Source: an uncultured Bacteroidales bacterium
GTDB taxonomy: Bacteria; Bacteroidota; Bacteroidia; Bacteroidales; Bacteroidaceae
DNA length: 64,000 nucleotides
NCBI GenBank assembly: GCA_902798705.1
Contig: CADBXS010000004.1
Span: 1,350 to 65,349 of the forward strand
Direction of reading: 5' to 3'
Shown here: positions 29,307-37,217 of the stretch, one piece after another
How the letters are laid out: each line of letters begins with the position of its first letter
Numbering within the stretch: position 1 is the stretch's first letter
Notes under the pieces: model-generated
What the model saw: the letters and a program-made list of their open reading frames with translations, nothing else
What the model was told of the DNA's origin: nothing
Databases searched by the model: none
Translations under genes and position numbers: made by a program

Positions 29307-30698
29307 CTTTTTCGTTTACTTGTCAGTGTCACGAGTGGAATCAGCATTTCCTCCATCGAGATTCCTCCATGCTGGAAAGTGTTCTTATAGTACGACACAT
29401 AGTAGTTGTAGTTGTTCGGATATGCGAAGAACGTGTCGCCCTTGGCAAACACATAACTCGTCGAGAGGTTTGGAGCAGGCAGGAAGGCCTTCTTCGGATT
29501 CTTCAGCACAAAGAGGTCTTTGGCATTGTACGAGAGGTTCTTGCCCAACTTATAGCGAAGATTCGTGTTTGTATTCTTATCGCCAATAATCTTCGTCGGA
29601 TTGTTCACACGGATAGAACCGTGGTCGGTGGTAATCACAATCTTTGCATTCGTATTCGCCAGCGCATGGAACAGTTCATTCACAGGCGAATGGCGGAACC
29701 AGCTCGACGTGATGCTGCGATAAGCAATCTCGTCGGATGCCAATTCGCGCACCATCGTGGATTCTGTGCGGGCATGGGAAAGCATATCGATGAAGTTCAC
29801 CACAATCACGTTCAACTGCTTCGTGGAGAGCTGACGGAACTGATTGACGAGTTTCTCTGTCTCTGCCGAGTGATTCAACTTCGAGTAAGTGAAACTCTCG
29901 CTACGACGGTAGCGGTCGAGTTGTGTCTGAATCAGCGGAGCCTCATTGAGGTTCTTGCCTTCTTCCTCGTCCTCATCCACCCACAACTCTGGAAACATCG
30001 TGGCAATCTGATTAGGCATCAGTCCGGCGAAGATGGAATTGCGGGCATACTGCGTGGCTGTAGGGAGAATCGACACATAGAGGTTCTCGTCGAAAGTGAA
30101 ATCATCAGCCAACTGCTGACTAATCACGCGCCACTGGTCGTAGCGGAAATTGTCGAACACCACCAGATACACCTGTTCGCCAACATTGAGCAGAGGAAAT
30201 ATCACCTTCTTGAAGATGTCGGGACTCATGATAGGACGATGGTCGGGGTCGTTCAACCAGTCGATATAGTTCTTCATGATGAACTTGGCAAATTCCTGAT
30301 TGGCATCTGCCTTCTGCATCTGAATCATCTCCTTCATCGGACTATCGGTCTCAGCTAACTCCAGCTCCCAAAACACCAGCTTCTTATACACTTCCTTCCA
30401 GTCGTCGAGATTGCGAGCATCATTGATTTGCATACTGATATTCCCGAAGTTCTGCTGATAGCTGCTATTCGTCTGATTTGTCTCGATGGCCTTCTTGTGC
30501 AGATGTCGCCAGTCCTGTCAAACCAGGCATATTCTCATCCAAGAAAATCAAGTCGAAGTTTCGTTCTTGACACAAGTCGATGGCATCCTGCCCATTCGTA
30601 GCAGTCACCACCTCATAGTCCTTCTTCTCTAAAAATATTATATGTGGGCGAAGCAATTCAATCTCATCATCCACCCACAGCAATGTTCCCTGTGCCAT
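29303..30698 (-). pseudogene. porX: porX-like response regulator with a PglZ (alkaline-phosphatase superfamily) domain, split by an internal deletion plus frameshift
   Basis: ORF 30465-30698 encodes the first ~63 aa of a CheY-like receiver (LLWVDDE..DLIFLDENMPGLTGL) and then leaves the frame. A second frame resumes at ..HLHKKAIETNQTNSSYQQNFGNISMQINDA and continues through ORF 29303-30433 (FDNFRYDQW, TDHGS: PglZ motifs). About 50-55 aa of the receiver are missing, including the conserved T and K-P positions. Confidence 0.7.
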
Positions 30699-30912
30699 AT
30701 CGTTAAGTTTTAAGTTTTTAAGATTATGTAATGATAAAAAAATAAATTAGTACGATTTACTCATATTTTGGAGATGTTTTTGTTCGTTTTTGAAGGAGTG
30801 ATGCGGGCATCATGACTGAGAAAACGGGCTAAAACAGCCCAAAAGATGAGCACAACATGAGGTCAATATGAATGTATCTAAATGTACCAAGTTATTTTTT
30901 TATCGTTACTAT

Positions 30913-30951
30913 ACTCCCCTCGCCCTTTGGAGAGGGGTTAGGGGTGAGGCC
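30913..30951. repeat. REP-like palindromic element, copy 2
   Basis: ACTCCCCTCGCCCTTTGGAGAGGGGTTAGGGGTGAGGC abuts the stop codon of the porW-like gene. Confidence 0.75.
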
Positions 30952-33870
30952 CTAGAAAATAAAGTTGTCTTCTTCCGGCCCTTCATCGTCATCGTTTCCT
31001 TGTTGCTGCATGTCCTCCAACTCTTCTTGCGTAGGCAGGTCAGTTGGTTCGTCGAGCATGTTTTCATCCAGCTGCAAATGCGAGATGCGGTCGAAATGTC
31101 GGTCGTAGAAATTAAAGTATTCCTCGAAACTCTTGCCGTTCATCAGCACCTTCAAGTTGTCCTCCGAGATGATAAACATCTTCAGTCCTTCCAACTTCTT
31201 CGACATCTCCTCGTTGTTCGTCAACTTGTGCATATAGACGTATGCCTCATCGTAGTTCAAGAAACTCTTCACTTCCAAGAGGTCGATGCCGTCGCCACGA
31301 AGGGTTTCCAAATCGAAATAGCGAATGGCGAAGTTCGAGAAGTTGTAGCGAGCCACTTCGAAAATCAACTGGTTCTCGTCGATGCTGTCATGCTCGTATG
31401 CAATCACAAACAGATGGTTCACATTCTTATCCACCTTGAACACAGTGTCAGCACTCGTAGAGTCAGCCAAAGCCATACCCATGCGGCGGCTCCAGATATC
31501 TCCTGAGCTCATCCTACCACTGGCGAGAATACGTCCTTCTTGCAAGCCCTTCACATAGAGTCCTGCCAATTCGCTCACCGTACTCTGCGGATAGGTCTGC
31601 ACGATGTTCTTCATGGCATTCATAAACTGCCCACGGTCTCCTTTCTCCAGCTTACTCATGGCATCGATGAAGAGGAATCGAGCACGGTTGGCACCCTTTG
31701 GATATTCGCGTTCGGCGTATGTGTTACCAGCAATCACCTGGTCGAAGTCACCTGCCTCATAGAATTCGTAGGCGGCAGTATAGAGTGAGTCCTCCACCTG
31801 CTTGCCATAACGACCTTTGAATTCGAAGTTTGGGTCTGCCACCAGCTTGGCATGTTCATTCTCTGGATAGCCATCTACTAACCGCTTCCTATAGTCCTCG
31901 GCCTCCGTTTCTCGCCCTTGTCGGGCATAGAGCTGGAACATGTTATAGTACAACTCATCCAAATGCTCAAATTCCTCGAAGTCAACGAGCACTCTTTGGA
32001 AGGTTCGCTCTGCCAAAGGGAAGTTCTCCATTCGGTCTTTATAGATGATAGCAGAATTATAAAGGCCATCCACCAAGGCTGCGTTCGATGTTGCCATCTG
32101 TTCCTCAGTGTAAGGGATGTCCTTAATATAGTATTCACGTCGGTGAGGGTCGGCTTCGTATTCCTTCTGCTTCTCCAACCGTTCCTTTTCTTTTTCGCTG
32201 AGTTCTGTGCCGTCAGGATTAAGCATGGTGGAGTCGTTGGCAAGACCTTCACTCATCACACTGTCGGTCATCAGCGAATCGCCTTCAGCCATGTCTTCGT
32301 CGAAACTGCCCAAAACGGTCTTGTTGCTACGCCGCCAGTTGTCCGCCAACTCACGTTCGCCCCATTTCCGCTTGAACTCCGCCTTTCCAGCATTTACAGA
32401 CGATGGATTGTAGAAGTACCACAAACCGCCTTGCTGCTGGTTGTTGTTCGCACCCATTTGGTTGTTCATCGGTTGGTTCGGACGATTTCCTTCTGCAGTG
32501 ATACCCGCAGCTTCGTTCTGCTTGCGCTCTTCCTCACGTTCCTTCTTCTTCAGTTCCTCAATCAGTCCGTCAATCTTCTTCAGCATCTCCGTAGAGTCCA
32601 TCTTCGCCAACTCCTGCAAGCTGTCTTGCAGTTCCACAGCCTGAGCGTATGGTTTCAGCTCTTCCAGTATCTTGGCTCTTTCGTCGATGTCCTTATAGTC
32701 GTCACGGTCCTTATCGAACAGTCCTAACACACCTGAATAGCATTCCTGTGCCTTAACGAATTCTTCCCTATCCCAATAGAGCTGTCCCAAATGCAGCCAC
32801 ACCACACCTTTTTCCACACCATTACGTGTACTCTTCTCCACTCCGTCCTTATAGGCATAGAGAGCATGGAGTGTATCGCCTTGGGCCAAATAGATGTTGC
32901 CCATGGCATAATACACCTGGTCCAAGTATTCAGCATTCTTGCGGTTGCGAGCCATTGCCTTCAACTTGCCAATCATCTTCTTGCTCTGTCCCTTCGACAT
33001 CACCTCGGTCTGCTGTATCCGTGCATTGAACTCCAGTTCGTAAGGCGGATTGCTCTTGAACACCTTCTTGAATTCCTTGAAGGCCAACTTGTTTTGACCT
33101 GTTTCGCGATACAGTTGTCCCAGCAGGAAGTGGAGTCGTGCCTTTTCCACGCCATGACTCTTCTTCATTGCCAACTGGATGTTAGGGATGGCTTCCTCAT
33201 ACAGTCCCTGGCGCAACTGATAGTCAGCCATCACCGAAGCACGCAAGGCATTGAGATTCGTCGGAAAACTGTCTCTCCGAGTCTCGTTCACCAGTCGTTC
33301 GGCATCATAGAGCCAGTCCAACTCGGCATAGCACTTGGCTTCCGACAGTCGAGCACGAGCAATGAGATTTGGTTTGGAGAAATAAAGACGCTGGATATAG
33401 GCAAAGGTGGAAGCAGCTTCCATATATTCACCTTTCCTGAATTGTGCCTCACCCATCAGGAACCAAGCCCTCCACAAGAACGGATTATACTCCTTCTGAC
33501 TCAGCCAAATCTTGTCCTTCGGCGTTTTCGGCTTCGAACTTTTCCAGTCAGGACGAGCCGTAATGGTATGCTGCTTGATGGTCTTCTGGCATTTCTCCAC
33601 AGCACGGTCGAATTGCCCCTTACCCAGCGCAACCGTTTTCGGATTTCCCGTTACATAGAGTGGAATCACCTCCATATAATTATCCTTATTCCCCGTTCTT
33701 TGTGTTTGCACACCCTCTTTATAAGCCTCATGTCCATTGAAGTAAGTATTATAGCGAGCCTTGAACGCCTGCACACGACGCGTCAGTCCCGTATTCTTCT
33801 TTGTAGAACACGAAACCATCAAGCCCATCACCACCAGGCTCACCAACAATGTCAATACTTTCTTCATCAA
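30952..33870 (-). CDS. porW: TPR-repeat periplasmic lipoprotein, PorW/SprE-like T9SS component
   Basis: Lipoprotein signal MMKKVLTLLVSLVVMGLMVSCSTKKN. The N-terminal motif is RRVQAFKARYNTYFNG. Multiple TPR units and a central K/E/Q-rich coiled coil follow. The layout and N-terminus resemble SprE/PorW as I recall them. Confidence 0.6.
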   Translation of the reverse strand: MMKKVLTLLVSLVVMGLMVSCSTKKNTGLTRRVQAFKARYNTYFNGHEAYKEGVQTQRTGNKDNYMEVIPLYVTGNPKTVALGKGQFDRAVEKCQKTIKQHTITARPDWKSSKPKTPKDKIWLSQKEYNPFLWRAWFLMGEAQFRKGEYMEAASTFAYIQRLYFSKPNLIARARLSEAKCYAELDWLYDAERLVNETRRDSFPTNLNALRASVMADYQLRQGLYEEAIPNIQLAMKKSHGVEKARLHFLLGQLYRETGQNKLAFKEFKKVFKSNPPYELEFNARIQQTEVMSKGQSKKMIGKLKAMARNRKNAEYLDQVYYAMGNIYLAQGDTLHALYAYKDGVEKSTRNGVEKGVVWLHLGQLYWDREEFVKAQECYSGVLGLFDKDRDDYKDIDERAKILEELKPYAQAVELQDSLQELAKMDSTEMLKKIDGLIEELKKKEREEERKQNEAAGITAEGNRPNQPMNNQMGANNNQQQGGLWYFYNPSSVNAGKAEFKRKWGERELADNWRRSNKTVLGSFDEDMAEGDSLMTDSVMSEGLANDSTMLNPDGTELSEKEKERLEKQKEYEADPHRREYYIKDIPYTEEQMATSNAALVDGLYNSAIIYKDRMENFPLAERTFQRVLVDFEEFEHLDELYYNMFQLYARQGRETEAEDYRKRLVDGYPENEHAKLVADPNFEFKGRYGKQVEDSLYTAAYEFYEAGDFDQVIAGNTYAEREYPKGANRARFLFIDAMSKLEKGDRGQFMNAMKNIVQTYPQSTVSELAGLYVKGLQEGRILASGRMSSGDIWSRRMGMALADSTSADTVFKVDKNVNHLFVIAYEHDSIDENQLIFEVARYNFSNFAIRYFDLETLRGDGIDLLEVKSFLNYDEAYVYMHKLTNNEEMSKKLEGLKMFIISEDNLKVLMNGKSFEEYFNFYDRHFDRISHLQLDENMLDEPTDLPTQEELEDMQQQGNDDDEGPEEDNFIF

Positions 33871-33928
33871 AAATCCGAATCAAATGACTGTCATTCCATT
33901 ATATAACGCATATCTCTTCAAAATATTG

Positions 33929-33988
33929 CCCATTCACCTCATTAATCCCATTAAACCCATTACCCCCATCAACCCCATTACCCTCATT
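33929..33988. repeat. 9-nt-periodic word repeat (CCCATTAAN-like)
   Basis: CCCATTCACCTCATTAATCCCATTAAACCCATTACCCCCATCAACCCCATTACCCTCATT. Related blocks occur at 36685-36725 and inverted at ~55290-55330. Confidence 0.6.
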
Positions 33989-33990
33989 CT

Positions 33991-34029
33991 ACTCCCCTCG
34001 CCCTTTGGAGAGGGGCTGGGGGTGAGGCC
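33991..34029. repeat. REP-like palindromic element, copy 3
   Basis: ACTCCCCTCGCCCTTTGGAGAGGGGCTGGGGGTGAGGCC. Confidence 0.75.
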
Positions 34030-34034
34030 TTCAC

Positions 34035-34457
34035 TTATCCTCCTCTCCGTTCTCCTACCACCATCACCACTTCATCCTTCACCTCGTCAGGCAGTTCCAC
34101 AGCCCTGAGTTGCAAACTGCGCACCCATCCGGCCACTTCCGTTTCCTTCATTGTATAAAGCACCTCACGGAACTCCTCCACTTCCTCCTCCGTATATTCA
34201 TCGCTCTTACGGCCTTGGAAGCGGTCCAATTCCTCATCGTTATAATATTCTATTTCCTTACTGATAGCAGCCAACAGACTCTCCTTCTCGCACACCTCAT
34301 GTTGTCCGCAGCACTCCATATCTTGCGCCTGTACGATATTTGGCAGTTCCTCGATCTCCCCCCTCTCCAGTTTCTTCTGAAGAGAGCGGTTCCTAAACCA
34401 TCCCGCCACCATCGCCACCACGCCTAACAAAATCAAACCTATCGCTAAATAAAACAC
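34035..34457 (-). CDS. Membrane-anchored hypothetical protein with a CCGQHEVC motif
   Basis: An N-terminal TM helix is followed by a cytoplasmic acidic domain containing DMECCGQHEVCEKE. I recognise no family. Confidence 0.5.
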   Translation of the reverse strand: MFYLAIGLILLGVVAMVAGWFRNRSLQKKLERGEIEELPNIVQAQDMECCGQHEVCEKESLLAAISKEIEYYNDEELDRFQGRKSDEYTEEEVEEFREVLYTMKETEVAGWVRSLQLRAVELPDEVKDEVVMVVGERRGG

Positions 34458-34510
34458 CCTATATATTAAATTAAAAATTAAAAGTTAAAAGTTAAAAACT
34501 ATATTTAATC

Positions 34511-34595
34511 TCTACGGAGTATAGGAGATTTGGAGGTTCATTTTTAATTTTTGATTTTTAATTCATCTACCTCCTTTACTCCCATCCTCCGTAGA
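34511..34595. repeat. TCTACGGAG-family long imperfect hairpin (left flank of the GxxExxY gene)
   Basis: CTACGGAGTATAGGAGATTTGGAGG .. loop .. CCTCCTTTACTCCCATCCTCCGTAG. The helical segments are CTACGGAG/CTCCGTAG, GGAG/CTCC and GGAGG/CCTCC. Confidence 0.7.
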
Positions 34596-34597
34596 AT

Positions 34598-34990
34598 TTA
34601 TTTAGATTCAAAAGAAAAACGGTTTACTACTGGATGAATACCATCCTTCAAATGTTCGACATTGAAGTTTATGACATAACCAAGTTCACAATCCATCAAT
34701 CTTAAATAAGTATATAACTGCTTCTCGAACAATTTCTTATAGTCAAGAACCGATTTCAGTTCTAAGATAATCTTACCATCCACCAGCAAATCCAGCCGCA
34801 AGTCATTGCAAAGCTGTTCTCCTTTATATATCACAGGCACTTGTACTTGCCTATCCACTTGAAATCCATTCATAACAAGTTCCTTTGTCAACGCCTCTTC
34901 ATAAATGTTTTCGAGCAGTCCGGGCCCTAACTCATTAAACACTTCATAAGCACAATGCAGTAGTTTGAATGTATAATCTCTTGAAATCAT
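34598..34990 (-). CDS. GxxExxY protein (PD-(D/E)XK nuclease-fold family)
   Basis: LHCAYEVFNELGPGLLENIYEEAL..VPVIYKG..LRLDLLVDGKIILELKSV are hallmark motifs of the GxxExxY family. Confidence 0.85.
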   Translation of the reverse strand: MISRDYTFKLLHCAYEVFNELGPGLLENIYEEALTKELVMNGFQVDRQVQVPVIYKGEQLCNDLRLDLLVDGKIILELKSVLDYKKLFEKQLYTYLRLMDCELGYVINFNVEHLKDGIHPVVNRFSFESK

Positions 34991-35030
34991 TTTACTATAT
35001 AGATTTTATCTCTATTATCTCTACTTTATC

Positions 35031-35168
35031 TCTACGGAGTATAGGAGATTTGGAGGTTATTGGGTGAAAAAACTCCTTTACTCCATTACTCCGTAGATTT
35101 TTAAAGAAGAACATGAAAGGTTTGGAGTCGCTGTAGATAAAACTCCTTTACTCCATTACTCCGTAGAA
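35031..35168. repeat. TCTACGGAG-family hairpins (right flank of the GxxExxY gene), one full unit and one partial unit
   Basis: TCTACGGAGTATAGGAGATTTGGAGG..CTCCTTTACTCCATTACTCCGTAGA is followed by a second ..CTCCTTTACTCCATTACTCCGTAGA. The left arm is identical over ~28 nt to the one at 34511. Confidence 0.7.
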
Positions 35169-35202
35169 TTTAAAAACATCATCCGAAGAGAAGAAAAACA
35201 AG

Positions 35203-36450
35203 TCACTCCTCAGAGATCTCAAATCCCGCCTTCCGCAGCTCCTCCCAGTACCCAGGGTACGACTTACTCACCACCTGCGGTTCGCGAATCCTCAAATGTC
35301 CCAAGCATATTGCTGCTGGGGCAAAGCACATCGCCATGCGGTGGTCCTCGTATGTATCAATCGGTTCCGTATCCAGTGCGTTTCCACGGGATCCATCCCA
35401 GAAAAGCTCCGAGTCGTTCGCCTCCTGCACTTCGAAACCTAACTTTCTCAGTTCTTGCCGCAATGCAGTGATTCTGTCCGTTTCCTTGATTTTCAGGCTC
35501 TGCAAACCCGTGAAGTGAAAAGGTACACCCATCAGGCAACACGTCACCACGAAGGTTTGTGCTAAGTCGGGCTGGTTCACGAAGTCATAGTCTAAACGCT
35601 CACATGCCTGACCAATCTTCTTAAGACGAACACAAGGCACCCCATCTTTTTCAAAAAACGTCGATTTCACCGATAGTTTTTCGAATATCTCAGCCACCTT
35701 TGCATCGCCCTGATAACTCTCCTGATAGAGTCCTGGCAGCACCACTTCAGCACCTTCCTCCGACAGTGCCACCATCTCATACCAGTAGCTTGCAGCACTC
35801 CAATCGTTCTCCACGTAGTAGTCACGAGCCACATAACGCTTCGTGCCCACCGCGATTTCATTCTCGCTCACCCACTCCACTTCTGCGCCAAATTCACGCA
35901 TCAGTTGCATGGTGAGGTTGATATATGGTCGGGAAATCACCGTTCCCGTCAGTGTCAATTTCAGTCCCTGTTTCAATTTTGGAGCAATCATCAGCAAGGC
36001 AGAGATATATTGCGAACTCACATTCCCCGGCAATGACAACTCACCGCCTTCCAAGTCGCTTCGTCCCTTGATATGTAGCGGAGGAAAACCGTCCTTCTCC
36101 ACATACTCAACCTCTGCACCCAATGTTCGGAGTGCATCCACCAGCACCCCAATCGGACGGTTCTTCATGCGTTCCGTACCTGTGATGACTCGCTCTCCTT
36201 CAGTCACAGCCAAGAGTGCTGATGAGAAACGCATAGCTGTTCCTGCCGCTCCGATATCTACCACTGCAGGTTGTTCCTTCAGCCACCGCAGCATCACTCG
36301 TGTGTCGTCACAATCCGACACATTCCGAGGCACACCATGTTTAGTACCCGCCAACTGGTTCATCACCAGCACACGATTACTGATACTCTTCGAAGCGGGC
36401 AGTGTCACACATCCCTCCACCCTCTTTGGTCCAATCAATTCTATCTGCAT
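35203..36450 (-). CDS. aroA: 3-phosphoshikimate 1-carboxyvinyltransferase (EPSP synthase)
   Basis: LPASKSISNRVL, GAAGTAMRF and the C-terminal DHRMAM-type motif; 415 aa. Confidence 0.92.
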   Translation of the reverse strand: MQIELIGPKRVEGCVTLPASKSISNRVLVMNQLAGTKHGVPRNVSDCDDTRVMLRWLKEQPAVVDIGAAGTAMRFSSALLAVTEGERVITGTERMKNRPIGVLVDALRTLGAEVEYVEKDGFPPLHIKGRSDLEGGELSLPGNVSSQYISALLMIAPKLKQGLKLTLTGTVISRPYINLTMQLMREFGAEVEWVSENEIAVGTKRYVARDYYVENDWSAASYWYEMVALSEEGAEVVLPGLYQESYQGDAKVAEIFEKLSVKSTFFEKDGVPCVRLKKIGQACERLDYDFVNQPDLAQTFVVTCCLMGVPFHFTGLQSLKIKETDRITALRQELRKLGFEVQEANDSELFWDGSRGNALDTEPIDTYEDHRMAMCFAPAAICLGHLRIREPQVVSKSYPGYWEELRKAGFEISEE

Positions 36451-36479
36451 CGTTCTCTTATTTTAGAACCTATCTTATT

Positions 36480-36960
36480 CCTTTCGTAAACAAATCCTCA
36501 CAAAGGTAACACTTTTTTTTCATTTTTCATTCTTCATTCTTCATTTATTCTACGGAGTTTCGGAGTATTGGAGTATTCTTTTTTAACTTTTCACTATAAA
36601 AATCTTTTTTAATCCTTTAAATCCCTGATTCATTTTTAATTTTTAACTTTTAATTTTTTGTTTTAAATTCCCCTCCTTCCCCATTACGCCCACAAACTCC
36701 CATCAAGCCCATTAATCCCATTCTTCAATTTATCTACGGAGTTTAGGAGTATTGGAGTTTCATTTTTCACTTTTAACTTTTAACTTTTAATTTTACGTCT
36801 GGACGGCAGTTATCGTTATGGTTATCGTTATCGTTGACTCCCTTTTCTTCATTCAACCTTAACTCTAACCATAACCTTAACTTTCCATCCGGACGGCAGT
36901 TATCGTTATGGTTATCGTTATCGTTGACTCCCTTTTAATTTTTAACTTTTAACTTTTAAT
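36480..36960. repeat. Composite block of short-word repeats
   Basis: Concatenated words: CATTCTT x3, TCTACGGAGTTTxGGAGTATTGGAGT (x2), AATCCTTTAAATCCCTGATTCA, TTAACTTTTAA runs, the CCCATTA word, and two copies of GGACGGCAGTTATCGTTATGGTTATCGTTATCGTTGACTCCC around AACCTTAACTCTAACCATAACCTTAAC. Confidence 0.8.
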
Positions 36961-36962
36961 TT

Positions 36963-36994
36963 AAATAAAAGGCAGGGCACTTTCGCACCCTGCC
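36963..36994 (-). terminator. Cassette terminator (GGCAGGGTGCGAAAGTGCCCTGCC + T-rich tail on the minus strand)
   Basis: The hairpin lies ~30 nt after the small-ORF stop. The same stem sequence follows the small ORFs at 39893, 45784 and 52564. Confidence 0.7.
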
Positions 36995-37022
36995 ACCTTA
37001 TTATATATAATGAGTCTCTATT

Positions 37023-37184
37023 TTACCACTGATACTGACCGAAGCCCTTCTCTTCCTCTTCGTAACGCTCCTTGCTCTCCGCTGGCTTAGTAGGGTCTGC
37101 AGGAGTGTCCGATGTATTCAGTTGGCAAAGAGTCAGTGAAGGAACTCTCACAAGCGTCTCTGGAATCAAATATACTTTTTTCAT
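37023..37184 (-). CDS. Conserved cassette small protein, copy 1 (53 aa)
   Basis: MKKVYLIPETLVRVPSLTLCQLNTSDTPADPTKPAESKERYEEEEKGFGQYQW, 33 nt after the stop of the 812-aa gene. The start is chosen by alignment with the four other copies; the ORF track extends it to 37217. Confidence 0.75.
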   Translation of the reverse strand: MKKVYLIPETLVRVPSLTLCQLNTSDTPADPTKPAESKERYEEEEKGFGQYQW

Positions 37185-37217
37185 TATTTCAGTCATTTTT
37201 ATAGTTTTTAAAATCAA

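Noticed and set aside
29303-30433. The PglZ domain could be a marker of a BREX/DISARM-type phage defence system.
   Set aside because: The PglZ domain is preceded by a CheY-like receiver remnant and a PorX-type linker. It sits next to porW-like and tsaE genes. No methyltransferase, helicase, Lon-like or other BREX components are present.
33761-34108. ORFs containing LLPSPFGEGLGVR (also 45667-45930).
   Set aside because: They are translations of the REP-like palindrome and the adjacent word repeats, not genes.
36480-36960. Dense short repeats might be a CRISPR array.
   Set aside because: There is no constant repeat alternating with unique spacers of regular length. The words are 6-30 nt, mixed and in both orientations, and no cas genes are in the window.
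37110-37184. SLTLC in the small ORF could be a lipoprotein lipobox.
   Set aside because: The preceding 19 residues contain E and R and have no hydrophobic core. The -1 residue is Leu rather than Gly/Ala/Ser. The motif is also lost in the divergent copy (SLASI).
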